Source: an uncultured Chloroflexia bacterium
GTDB lineage: Bacteria; Chloroflexota; Limnocylindria; Limnocylindrales; CSP1-4
DNA: 64,000 nt
Reading direction: 5' to 3'
NCBI GenBank assembly: GCA_963712745.1
Contig: CAVQJC010000006.1
Span: forward strand, 320,001 to 384,000
Shown in pieces: positions 32,654 to 41,672 of the stretch; positions within the stretch are counted from its first letter, which is position 1, and each line of letters begins with the position of its first letter. The translations under genes were made by a program, and so were the position numbers. The notes below the pieces were generated by a model. The model made no database searches, was not told where the DNA came from, and saw nothing but the letters and a program-made list of their open reading frames with translations.

Positions 32654-33031
32654 GGGGATGCGTGGTCTCGACAGGGCCCGAACCCCGGAGAACGCGAGTC
32701 GAGGTTGCCATCAGGCCTCGTTAATCAGGTGGCAAAACTAGAAGTAACTGGCAACAACCGCCAGCCTGCTCTCGCCCTCGCGGCCTAAGGCCGTAAGGTG
32801 AGCGTGGAAGCAGCCTCGTCCTCGCGGGCTGTGGAAGCGTCATACAGCGAGGATGCGCATCGGGTCAGCGTCACGTAGCCCGGTGCAAAGCCCGCAAGGG
32901 GACGTGACTGGATCCTGCGGCACGGTGCCGATGCTGGTCCGCAGGATCGACGACAAACCATCGGATACGCTCGTAGTGGTCTTCGGCAGACGGTTCTGGA
33001 CGGGGAGTTCGACTCTCCCCCATCTCCACCA
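32654..33031 (+). ncRNA. ssrA: tmRNA; tag (A)GNNRQPALALAA encoded at 32750-32788
   Basis: 5' GGGGATG; 3' T-arm GGGAGTTCGACTCTCCC and CATCTCCACCA; TAACT before the resume codon; tag ends LAA; follows smpB. Confidence 0.96.
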
Positions 33032-33046
33032 ACTCGCAGACACAGC

Positions 33047-33074
33047 ACGACCCCGTCGAAGTCGACGGGGTCGT
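33047..33074. terminator. hairpin between convergent ssrA and jag
   Basis: ACGACCCCGTCGA-ag-TCGACGGGGTCGT inverted repeat. Confidence 0.75.
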
Positions 33075-33112
33075 CGGCTTGTCCGGGGCCGCGGAAGGGC
33101 GGCCCGCCTGGA

Positions 33113-34075
33113 TCAGACCTTGAGCACGACCACCCGGCGCATCGGCTCTTCGCCGATCGACTGGGTCGCGACGCCGTCGACATCGCGGAGTGCCAGGTGT
33201 ACCCAGCGACGCTCCAGGGCGGACATCGGCTCGAGCTGCAGCATCTGGCCGGTCTCGTTGACGCGTTCTGCGGCACGCGTGGCCACCTCCACGAGCTGGC
33301 GCTCGCGGCGGCCACGGTAATCCTCGACGTCGACGAGTACGCGGGTCCAGGTGCCCATCTTGCGAGAGAGCATGAGGTTCACCAGGTGCTGCAGCGCCGA
33401 CAGGCGTTCGCCCTTGCGGCCGATGAGCGCACCCAGCGCCTCCTTCTCCTCCTCGTCGGCTCCGTAGACGGTGATCTTGGCAGTGGCTCCGGTGGTGACC
33501 TCGACCGATGCGTCGTAGCCCATCATCTCGACCAGCTGCTCGAGGATCTCCTTGCCGGCAGCCAGCGCCTCCGGCGAGATCTCGGCGTCCTCGGTGGGTT
33601 CGGCTTTGACAGTGGTGCCTGCGGCGACTGCGGCCTCGACCTCGGTGGCGGCGGCTTCACTCACCTTGGAGGCCTCGCGCGAGCGACTCCCACCACGACT
33701 TCGGCGCCGGTCGGCACCGTCGCCGCGCTCGCTCGACTTGCGGCGCGGCTTGGGCTCCGCTGGCGCTTCGTCGTCAAGTGGCGCCGGGGCCTCTGCCGGA
33801 GCTGCTGTCGGTGCCGGAACGGCCTTCTCCACGGGAGCGGCCTCCTGCACCGGAGCGGCCTGTGCGGGCTCCTTCCGGGGCGTGCCACCAGCCAGCGCCG
33901 TTCGTGGCGCCGCGATGATGCGTGCGGGCTCAGCGCCCATGCCCAAGACGCCTCGGCTGCCCTGGGTCAGGATCTCGAAGTCGAGGTCAGAGAGGCCTGA
34001 GACCCCGAACTCCTCGCGCGCGTTCTTGAGGGCCTCCTCGACGGTCTTGCCCGTGAACTCCTGGTATTCGCTCAT
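33113..34075 (-). CDS. jag: RNA-binding protein Jag/KhpB/EloR (Jag-N, KH, R3H)
   Basis: EFTGKTVEEAL, LIGRKGERLSALQHL, LEPMSALERRWVH. Confidence 0.95.
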   Translation of the reverse strand: MSEYQEFTGKTVEEALKNAREEFGVSGLSDLDFEILTQGSRGVLGMGAEPARIIAAPRTALAGGTPRKEPAQAAPVQEAAPVEKAVPAPTAAPAEAPAPLDDEAPAEPKPRRKSSERGDGADRRRSRGGSRSREASKVSEAAATEVEAAVAAGTTVKAEPTEDAEISPEALAAGKEILEQLVEMMGYDASVEVTTGATAKITVYGADEEEKEALGALIGRKGERLSALQHLVNLMLSRKMGTWTRVLVDVEDYRGRRERQLVEVATRAAERVNETGQMLQLEPMSALERRWVHLALRDVDGVATQSIGEEPMRRVVVLKV

Positions 34076-35512
34076 CGACGTCTCCCTCGCCGGCGGCTGC
34101 GACGCCGTGCCGGTCTGATGGTGCCCGCTGCGCTCTCCTTGGTGGAGCGCTTGGTGGTCGTGGTGGACTTGTCGTCCTGGTCGGACGAGGCTGGCTTGGG
34201 CTCCGGCATGCTCACCGGGAAGCGCGGCTGGTGGTCCTTGGCGAATCCGGGGGTCCAGCCGAACAGCGGGAACAGGCCGCCGAAGCCGTTGATCAGGAAC
34301 TGCTGCACGATGCTGAAGACGGTGGTGGTGATCCAGTAGATGAAGAGGCCCGCCGGCAGGATGGCGCCGTAGATCAGCGAGAACAGCGGCAGCAGCAGCA
34401 TCATGCGGTTGGTCGTCGCGGCGGCGCTATCGCCGGGTGCGAGGTTGCGGTTCATCATCATTCGCGACTGGATCAACTGGAGCAGGGCCGACGTCGCAGC
34501 CAGCAGCGAGAGGCCGAGGCCGAAGCCGCTGAAGACCATGACGAAGATCTCGGGCTCGTTCGACGGCAAGCCGCCGGGGTAGCCGGGCAGTTGGAAGCCG
34601 GTCTCAGTCGATCTTGGGGATCCAGGCAAGCCAGGGGATGTCGGGGTTGATGCAGGGGGCGTAGGGATTGCCCGGGTCCTGGCATTGGACGTTGACCAAC
34701 TGGATGCCGAATGGGTGGAGCATGGAGCTGATGTCCGGCGCCTTGAGGCCCTGCATGAAGACCTGGTACATGGGTAGCAGCAGGACGAGCTGCAGCACGG
34801 CGGGCAGGCAGCCGGAGGCCGGGTTCACACCGCGGTCGCGGTAGAGCTTCATCTGCTCTTCGGAGATCTTCTGCCGGTCGCCCTTGTACTTGGTCTGGAT
34901 GGCCCGTAGCTCCGGCTGGAGCATCTGCATCCGCCGCTGCGAGACGATCTGCATGCGGAAGATGGGGATCATCAGCGTGCGGATGATGATGGTCAGCAGG
35001 ATGATGGCGATGCCGATGTCGCCGGTGATGCTGTAGAGGAAGGCCAGGCCGATGAAGATGACCTGGAAGATCGGCGTGAAGACCCAGGCCAGCAGCGACA
35101 GCGGGTTGGCACCGTCGGGCTGCGCCGGACAGAGGTTGGGGTTGGGCGGGCCGGTCGCATCGGGGTTCGGTGTGACGTTCGGGTCGGGCGAGGGCGTCGG
35201 AGCGCAGGGGTCTCCGGTGGTGCGTGCACCGGGGGCCAGGGTCGGGACGGCGCCGGGCGCGAGGGTAGCGGCCGCGCTGGCCTCTGGCTCGGCGCTGGCC
35301 TCTGGCTCGGCGCTGGCGGCCGGTGAGGGCGAGGTTTCAGGTTCGACCGTGGCCTCGGCCGCCACGGACGGTTGCGGCGACGGGCTGGCCTCCTGGGCCA
35401 CGACCGGGCCGACGATCATGCTGAAGGCGATGAACGCGATGGCCAGCGCTGCGAGCAGGTCAAGGAACGAGAGTCGGAACGGCGTCGCGAGGACGGAACG
35501 GATACGCATCAC
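34072..35512 (-). CDS. yidC: membrane protein insertase YidC, split by a frameshift near 34604-34612
   Basis: 5' ORF: GIAIILLTIIIR, MQMLQPEL, LYRDRGVNPASGCLP. 3' ORF: LPAGLFIYWITTTVFSIVQQ. Lies between yidD and jag. Confidence 0.9.
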
Positions 35513-35739
35513 TTCACCGGGTCATAGCCGCCGGGACGCCATGGACCACAACTGGCGATGCGCTTGGCACCCATCCAGCTGCCTTTGAGCAGCCCGTACT
35601 TGGAGATGGCCTGCTCGGTGTAGACCGAGCAGGATGGTTCATATCGGCACGAACCGGCGAAGAGCGGAGAGAGTGTCTTGCGGTAGACGTGGATCAGGCC
35701 GATGCCGAGCCCCTTGGTGAACTGGCTGAACGACTTCAC
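35509..35739 (-). CDS. yidD: membrane protein insertion efficiency factor
   Basis: YRKTLSP, CRYEPSCS, GGYDPV. Confidence 0.96.
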   Translation of the reverse strand: MKSFSQFTKGLGIGLIHVYRKTLSPLFAGSCRYEPSCSVYTEQAISKYGLLKGSWMGAKRIASCGPWRPGGYDPVK

Positions 35740-36074
35740 GGACGCGCCTTCACCGAGCTGCGTACTGCGCCGAGCAGGCGCTCGATTGCGCTGCGTAGCT
35801 CATCGAAGGAGGCATCGACGGCAGGGGCGCGGGCGACAACGAGGATGTCCCAGCCGTGGCCCGTCTGGTTAGGGGAGAGACGAAGGATCTCGCGGAGGCG
35901 CCGGCGCACACGATTCCTCTGGACGGCGCCTCCGAGGCGTCGCCCAGTCGAGATGCCGAAGCGGTCGTGGTCGCGGCCATTGGGTACGAAGCGGACGACG
36001 ATGAGCCGGTCCGACCGCGAGTGTCCCTGCCCGCCGATGCGGGCGAAGTCCTCGCGGGACCGGATCGTCGGCAC
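35736..36074 (-). CDS. rnpA: ribonuclease P protein component
   Basis: RFGISTGRRLGGAVQRNRVRRRLRE; GTG at 36074. Confidence 0.95.
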   Translation of the reverse strand: MPTIRSREDFARIGGQGHSRSDRLIVVRFVPNGRDHDRFGISTGRRLGGAVQRNRVRRRLREILRLSPNQTGHGWDILVVARAPAVDASFDELRSAIERLLGAVRSSVKARP

Positions 36075-36099
36075 CGCCCCCCTTCGTTTCTGCCGGACG

Positions 36100-36237
36100 T
36101 CAGACGGTGAGCTTCTTGCGACCACGTGCCCGCCGAGCGGCGAGCACCTTGCGGCCGCCCTGGGACTTCATGCGCTTGCGGAAGCCGTGCTCCTTGGCGC
36201 GATGGCGCTTCTTGGGCTGGTACGTTTGCTTTGTCAC
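36100..36237 (-). CDS. rpmH: 50S ribosomal protein L34
   Basis: [22 protein letters not shown]...[11 protein letters not shown]. Confidence 0.97.
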   Translation of the reverse strand: MTKQTYQPKKRHRAKEHGFRKRMKSQGGRKVLAARRARGRKKLTV

Positions 36238-36417
36238 GGGGTCAGGGCTCCTTCGGGCAGACGGTCGGGACCTTCTCTCTGGGACCGGCCTGCCGATGCG
36301 GATGTGATCGATGCGGAGCACGGTGCTGGTAGACCACTTGTGGCCGTCCCGGGCACCAAGGCGCATCCAGACCGCCGGAGTATACGCGACGACCCCCCGA
36401 AGACGGAGGAAACAGAC

Positions 36418-36798
36418 GTGTCGAACACACAGGCGCAGACCCAGCCGCCCTTCCTCGATCCGGGCAGCGCCAGCATGGAGGACTTCGAGCGCCTCGATCT
36501 GCGGGTCGGGCGAATCGTCGAGGCCAGCCCGCTCGAGGGCGCACGCAAGCCCGCCTATCGGCTGCGACTCGACTTCGGAGCGGCGGGTGAACGGCAGTCG
36601 TCGGCACAGCTCACGAGGACCTACCCGAACCCCGCCCAGCTGATCGGGCGGCTGGTGGTGGCCGTGGTCAACTTCCCGCCGCGACGGGTGGCCGGCTTCC
36701 GCAGTGAGGTGCTGGTGCTCGGGGCGCTCGGGGCGGGCGGCGAGATCCCGCTCCTGGCCCCGGACGATGGGGCGGCGCCGGGACAGCGCGTCGGTTAG
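36418..36798 (+). CDS. csaA: tRNA-binding / export chaperone CsaA
   Basis: [42 protein letters not shown]; GGAGG RBS. Confidence 0.9.
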   Translation: MSNTQAQTQPPFLDPGSASMEDFERLDLRVGRIVEASPLEGARKPAYRLRLDFGAAGERQSSAQLTRTYPNPAQLIGRLVVAVVNFPPRRVAGFRSEVLVLGALGAGGEIPLLAPDDGAAPGQRVG

Positions 36799-37226
36799 TC
36801 TGCCTCGCGCCGGTGCTGTGGGGTACGGTCCGGAGAGGTGCGGTCTGCAGAAGAGTTGCACGCGGCCACCCCGCCATTCGCATCGGCCACTCCGGCGGTC
36901 TGGCGAACGTCCGTTCGGTCCGAGCGTGGCCGCCCTCGTGTCTCCCTCGTGGCCCGACATCGCGGCCGCGGTCGGCACCGGCCTCGATACTCCCTGGGGG
37001 TATGCCGGTTCGACGTTGCGCGGTGCCGAAACGCGGTGCTAACGTATGCCGCCCCGGCGCCCTACGAAACGCCTGGGAGCCCAAGCTGGAGCCACCGTCG
37101 TGACGGCCCGAGGGGGGCCGGCCCGGTTCCTCAGATGGGCCGCCGATCGTGCCTCGCCCGGTTCCAGGGACATCGCCCGGACGGAGGCGCAAGAGCTGTG
37201 TGCAAGAACGGGTCACGTTGCCATCG

Positions 37227-38606
37227 ATGGATGCGAAGCAGGTCTGGAGAGCCGCCCTCGGTGAGCTTCAGGTGTCGCTGTCCCCGGCCAATTACGAGAC
37301 CTGGCTGAAGGACACCGTGCTCGTCGGGGTCGACGGAGACCGCTTTCGCGTCGCAGCACCCAACGGCTTCGCCAAGGATTGGCTTGAGAACCGATACCGC
37401 TCGCTTATCGCGCAGACACTGGCCCGCGTGGTCGGCTACAGCGTCAACGTCGAGTTCGAGGTGCGCGAGTTCGACCCCGACGAGGTGGTCGAGGCAGAGA
37501 CGCCGCAGGAGTTCACCCGGCCGGCCGGACCCACGGTCCGGGTCGAGCCCGGTCGCGTCGGCGGCACCGAGGGCGGAGGTGTCAACCTCAACTCCCGCTA
37601 CACCTTCCGCACTTTCATCGTAGGCTCGGCTAACCGCCTCGCGCACGCCGCCAGCCTCTCGGTCGCCGAACGGCCCGGCGAGGCCTACAACCCGCTCTTC
37701 CTCTACGGCGGCGTGGGGCTCGGCAAGACGCACCTGATGCACGCGGTCGGCAACGCGGTCGTGCAGCGCTTCCCGCGCAAGCGCGTGGTCTACGCGACCA
37801 GCGAGAAGTTCACCAACGACTTCATCACCTCCATCCAGCAGGGCCGCATCGACGACTTCCGGGCCCGCTACCGCAAGATCGACCTGCTGCTCATCGACGA
37901 CATCCAGTTCATCGCCGACAAGGAGCGCACACAGGAGGAGTTCTTCCACACCTTCAATGCGATCCACGAGGACGGCAAGCAGATCGTCCTCTCGAGCGAT
38001 CGGCCGCCCAAGCAGATCACCACGCTCGAGGAACGCCTGCGCAGCCGCTTCGAGTGGGGCCTCATCGCCGACCTGACCGCGCCCGACCTGGAGACGCGCA
38101 TCGCCATCCTGCGCACCAAGTCCGAGGAACAGGGCGTGCGCGTGGACCCTGAAGCGCTCGAGTTCATCGCGCGCAAGGTCGTGTCGAACATCCGCGAGCT
38201 CGAAGGCGCGCTCAATCGCATCGTGGCCTATGCCTCCATGCAGGGCATGCCCATCAGCGTCGACTTGGCCCAGGCCGTGCTCAGCAACGTGCTTTACAGC
38301 CCGCGCAAGCGCGCGGTGACGCCCGAACGCATCGCCATGGCCGTGTCGGAGTATTACGACGTGGACCTGGAGGTCCTGCGTGGTCAGAAACGCGATCGCG
38401 CCATCGTGGTGCCCCGGCAGATCGCCATGTACCTCATGCGCGAGGAGACCGACGTGTCGCTGCTGCGTATCGGCGCCGAGCTGGGTGGCCGCGACCACTC
38501 GACCGTGCTGCACGCCTGCAAGAAGATCGACCAGGAGGCCGCGCGGAACGAGGACCTGCGACGGGAGCTGGCCGCGGTCCGGGAGTCCATCTACTCCGAT
38601 TCCTAG
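37227..38606 (+). CDS. dnaA: chromosomal replication initiator DnaA
   Basis: YNPLFLYGGVGLGKTHL, LLIDDIQF, RLRSRFEWG, GGRDHSTV. Confidence 0.99.
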   Translation: MDAKQVWRAALGELQVSLSPANYETWLKDTVLVGVDGDRFRVAAPNGFAKDWLENRYRSLIAQTLARVVGYSVNVEFEVREFDPDEVVEAETPQEFTRPAGPTVRVEPGRVGGTEGGGVNLNSRYTFRTFIVGSANRLAHAASLSVAERPGEAYNPLFLYGGVGLGKTHLMHAVGNAVVQRFPRKRVVYATSEKFTNDFITSIQQGRIDDFRARYRKIDLLLIDDIQFIADKERTQEEFFHTFNAIHEDGKQIVLSSDRPPKQITTLEERLRSRFEWGLIADLTAPDLETRIAILRTKSEEQGVRVDPEALEFIARKVVSNIRELEGALNRIVAYASMQGMPISVDLAQAVLSNVLYSPRKRAVTPERIAMAVSEYYDVDLEVLRGQKRDRAIVVPRQIAMYLMREETDVSLLRIGAELGGRDHSTVLHACKKIDQEAARNEDLRRELAAVRESIYSDS

Positions 38607-39002
38607 CCACCGATGGCCGCCAGCGCCGGCTGGGTTTCGGCCAGCGAGATTCGCGCGGCTGGTGGGTGCGCATGTGCCCAGACCGACGCTCGCAGCCACG
38701 CCCGACATGGTGGATGGGGCTGTGGATTACCCGGGCGCTTGAGCGCTGGTGCGCGGGCTTCACGGTGGGTGCAGCGGTGGGCCAGCCGGGAGCGGTACGT
38801 GGGTATCGGACGGGCCGTCCACATCGGCAGGGCGACGGCACACCGCTCACCCACAGGCTGTCCGCCGTCTCGGACAGGGCCGGGTAAGCGTGAGTGCAGC
38901 ACGGCGCGGTCGAACCATCATCACAATCCACAGCATGAAGATGATGATGAGATGAGAAGATTAGATAGACCCATGTACATCTAATAGGGAGCTCGTCCGC
39001 TC
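38607..39002. other. putative oriC (dnaA-dnaN intergenic region)
   Basis: Degenerate DnaA boxes (tgtggatta 38721, ccgtccaca 38815, tcacccaca 38847, caatccaca 38924), the last followed by NAN trios CAT GAA GAT GAT GAT GAG and an AT-richer tract. Confidence 0.8.
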
Positions 39003-40124
39003 GTGAAGCTGTCCTTGATGCAGGAGAACCTGGCCCGGGGCCTGTCCCTCGTCAGTCGCGCTGTCAGCAGCCGGGCGACGCTGCCGGTTCTCGCCAATGT
39101 CCTGCTGAAGACCCAGGATGGTGGACTCCGTCTGACGGCCACCAATCTCGAGATCGGCATCTCCGTCTGGGTGCCAGGCAAGATCGATACGGACGGCACC
39201 ACGACCGTGCCCGCTCGCCTGCTCACCGACGTGGTGGGTGGACTGCCGTCCGGTGAACGAGTCGACCTGGAGATGGAGCAGGACGACACACTGCTCATCC
39301 GGGCCGGTGCCTACAGGACTCACCTGCGCGGGATCGAGGCTGAGGAGTTCCCGGTCATCCCCGGCGCCGGCGACCGGCCGACCACCCAGGTCAGCCAGAA
39401 GTCCCTGCGCCGCGCGCTCAGCGAGGTGAGTTTCGCTGCGGCGGCCGACGAGACGCGCCCGATCCTCACCGGCGTGCTGACCCAGTTCAGCGGTGAGACC
39501 CTGACCCTGGCTGCGGCCGACAACTACCGCATCGCGGTCAAGACACTGGAGTTGATGCAGTCGGTCGAGGAGACCAGCGTGGTCGTCCCGGCCCGCTCGT
39601 ACATCGAGCTGATGCGTGTGCTCGGCGACACCGACGAGCCAGTCGACATCATCCTCGCCCAGGCCAAGAGTCAGGTCATCTTCAAGGTCGATACCACCGA
39701 GTTGGTCAGCCGGCTCATCGACGGCCAGTTCCCCAACTACCAGTCGGTCCTGCCGACCTCACACAGCACCCGTGCACTCGTCGATCGCGACGAGTTGCTG
39801 AAGGCCGTGCGCCTGACCGCCCTCATCGCCTCCTCCTCAGCCAACGTGGTTCGCCTCGGTTTCGGCGAGGAGGAGAACCCAGGCTCCATCGCTGTCAACG
39901 CCAAGGCCGACATCGGTGATGCCGAAGGCCAGGTCGAGGCCCAGCTCGAGGGTGACCCCGTGACCATCGCGTTCAATGCGCGCTACCTCGTGGAGGCACT
40001 GCAGAACATGGAGGCCGAGCAGTTGGCGGTCGAGCTCAGCGGCCCGCTGGCACCCGGCGTGCTCAAGCCCGTGGACGACCCCGCCTACGTCCACGTCATC
40101 ATGCCGGTGCGTACACCGTCCTGA
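39003..40124 (+). CDS. dnaN: DNA polymerase III beta clamp
   Basis: TLPVLANVLL, ATNLEI, RPILTGV, SRLIDGQFPNY, FNARYL, IMPVR. Confidence 0.98.
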   Translation: MKLSLMQENLARGLSLVSRAVSSRATLPVLANVLLKTQDGGLRLTATNLEIGISVWVPGKIDTDGTTTVPARLLTDVVGGLPSGERVDLEMEQDDTLLIRAGAYRTHLRGIEAEEFPVIPGAGDRPTTQVSQKSLRRALSEVSFAAAADETRPILTGVLTQFSGETLTLAAADNYRIAVKTLELMQSVEETSVVVPARSYIELMRVLGDTDEPVDIILAQAKSQVIFKVDTTELVSRLIDGQFPNYQSVLPTSHSTRALVDRDELLKAVRLTALIASSSANVVRLGFGEEENPGSIAVNAKADIGDAEGQVEAQLEGDPVTIAFNARYLVEALQNMEAEQLAVELSGPLAPGVLKPVDDPAYVHVIMPVRTPS

Positions 40125-40185
40125 TCGACGCCGCGACCCAGCGCTCCACGGCCGACCCAGTCGGTCGTCTGACGCATCACGCCTG

Positions 40186-41319
40186 ATGCCTGTCCGCACG
40201 CTCACGCTCGATGGCTTTCGCAGCTATCAGCACCTCGAGGTCACGTTTGGCGACGGCCCCCATGTCGTGGTCGGCCGCAACGCCGCCGGCAAGACCAACC
40301 TCGTCGAGGCCTTGGTCGTGCTCTCCGAGGGTCGTTCGCATCGCAGCTCGGCCGATCCCGAGATGGTGCGCTGGGGGGTCGACTTCGCCCGTGCCTCAGC
40401 ACGGGTCGAGCTCGGCGCTCGGACCGAGGAGCTCGAGGTCGTCATCCACGCCCGGGGGGCAGGGTCCGGAGCTCGCAAGCGCATCCGCGTCAACGGCGTG
40501 AACCGGCGCGCAGCCGCTCTCCGACCCATCCTGCGCTCCGTGCTCTTCGCGCCCGAAGACATGTTGCTCATCGTGGGCTCGCCCTCTCTGCGCCGATACC
40601 TGCTCGACGCGCTCGTGGTCCAGCGCGAGCCGACCGCCGCCGCCGTCATGTCCACCTACCAGCGAACGCTCACCCAGCGCAACTCACTGCTCCGTCGTAT
40701 CCGCGAGGAGGAAGCTGATCGAGCCGAGCTTCCGTACTGGGATAACGTCATCGTCGAGCACGGCGGCCGGATCCTCGACTGGCGTCACGAGACGCTCGCA
40801 GCCATGGCCGAACCGCTCTCCGCGGCGCATCGGGAGATCGCGCCCGAGGAGAGCGGGCTGAACCTGCGCTACGTCTCCAACGTCGAACCGTCTGCCAACG
40901 AGAGCCACGAAGCCGCCCTGCGCCGGCGCTTGCGGGAGACGGCCGACAAAGAGGTCTGGAACGGTGCCACGCTGGTGGGGCCGCACCGCGACGATCTGGC
41001 CTTCGAGACCGACGGCAGGCAGTTGACCGAATTCGCCTCGCGTGGGCAGCAGCGCACGGCCATCCTGGCGCTGAAGCTGGCCGAGCTGGACGTCCTCACT
41101 GCCCTCGACGGCCGCCCTCCGCTACTGCTCCTCGACGACGTGTTCAGCGAGCTCGATCCAGAACGCCGGGCCCATCTCGTCCGCCGCATCGGCAGTCTGC
41201 CCCAGGCCATCGTGACCACGACCACGCCGGACGACCTCGACCCTGCGCTGGTAGCGGCCTCGACGCTGTGGCAGGTGGAGCCCGGGACTGTCTCGCGGGC
41301 CGGCGAGGCAGCGAGGTGA
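40186..41319 (+). CDS. recF: DNA replication/repair protein RecF
   Basis: GRNAAGKTNLVEA, GPHRDDL, SRGQQR, LLLDDVFSELD. Confidence 0.97.
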   Translation: MPVRTLTLDGFRSYQHLEVTFGDGPHVVVGRNAAGKTNLVEALVVLSEGRSHRSSADPEMVRWGVDFARASARVELGARTEELEVVIHARGAGSGARKRIRVNGVNRRAAALRPILRSVLFAPEDMLLIVGSPSLRRYLLDALVVQREPTAAAVMSTYQRTLTQRNSLLRRIREEEADRAELPYWDNVIVEHGGRILDWRHETLAAMAEPLSAAHREIAPEESGLNLRYVSNVEPSANESHEAALRRRLRETADKEVWNGATLVGPHRDDLAFETDGRQLTEFASRGQQRTAILALKLAELDVLTALDGRPPLLLLDDVFSELDPERRAHLVRRIGSLPQAIVTTTTPDDLDPALVAASTLWQVEPGTVSRAGEAAR

Positions 41320-41660
41320 ACGCGCGCAAACGGCCCGTCCACCGCCTGGGCGACCTGCTTCCCGGCATCGCCAGCCAGCTGGGGCTCGACGAGGAGCTGA
41401 AGGCGGCCCGGGCCATGGCGTCCTGGTCGCGCCTGACCGAGGAGCTGGTGCCGGCCGCAGCCGGAGCGTCGCGCCTGCTGGAGGTCCGCCCGCCGGCGCT
41501 GCTGGTGACCGCTGACGATGCTCCCACGGCCCAGGAGCTCCGCCTGCACTCCGCGGAGCTGCTGGACGCCTTCGCCTCCGCCCCCGGGGGCCAGCGCCTG
41601 CTGGAGCTGCAGGTGATCGTGCGCCGGCCGCTGAGCGGGGATTCCGCCAAGCCGCGCTAG
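41316..41660 (+). CDS. dciA: DUF721 / DciA family protein
   Basis: Directly after recF (GTGA overlap); LGDLL...W..L...AQELRL pattern. Confidence 0.75.
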   Translation: MNARKRPVHRLGDLLPGIASQLGLDEELKAARAMASWSRLTEELVPAAAGASRLLEVRPPALLVTADDAPTAQELRLHSAELLDAFASAPGGQRLLELQVIVRRPLSGDSAKPR

Positions 41661-41672
41661 ACTAGGCCGCCC

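Noticed and set aside
32785-33320. ORFs overlapping the region after smpB
   Set aside because: They overlap the tmRNA gene, its terminator and jag.
34604-34606. Selenocysteine or stop readthrough at the yidC TGA
   Set aside because: Readthrough stays in the wrong frame; the YidC C-terminus needs a frame change, and no plausible slippery site is present.
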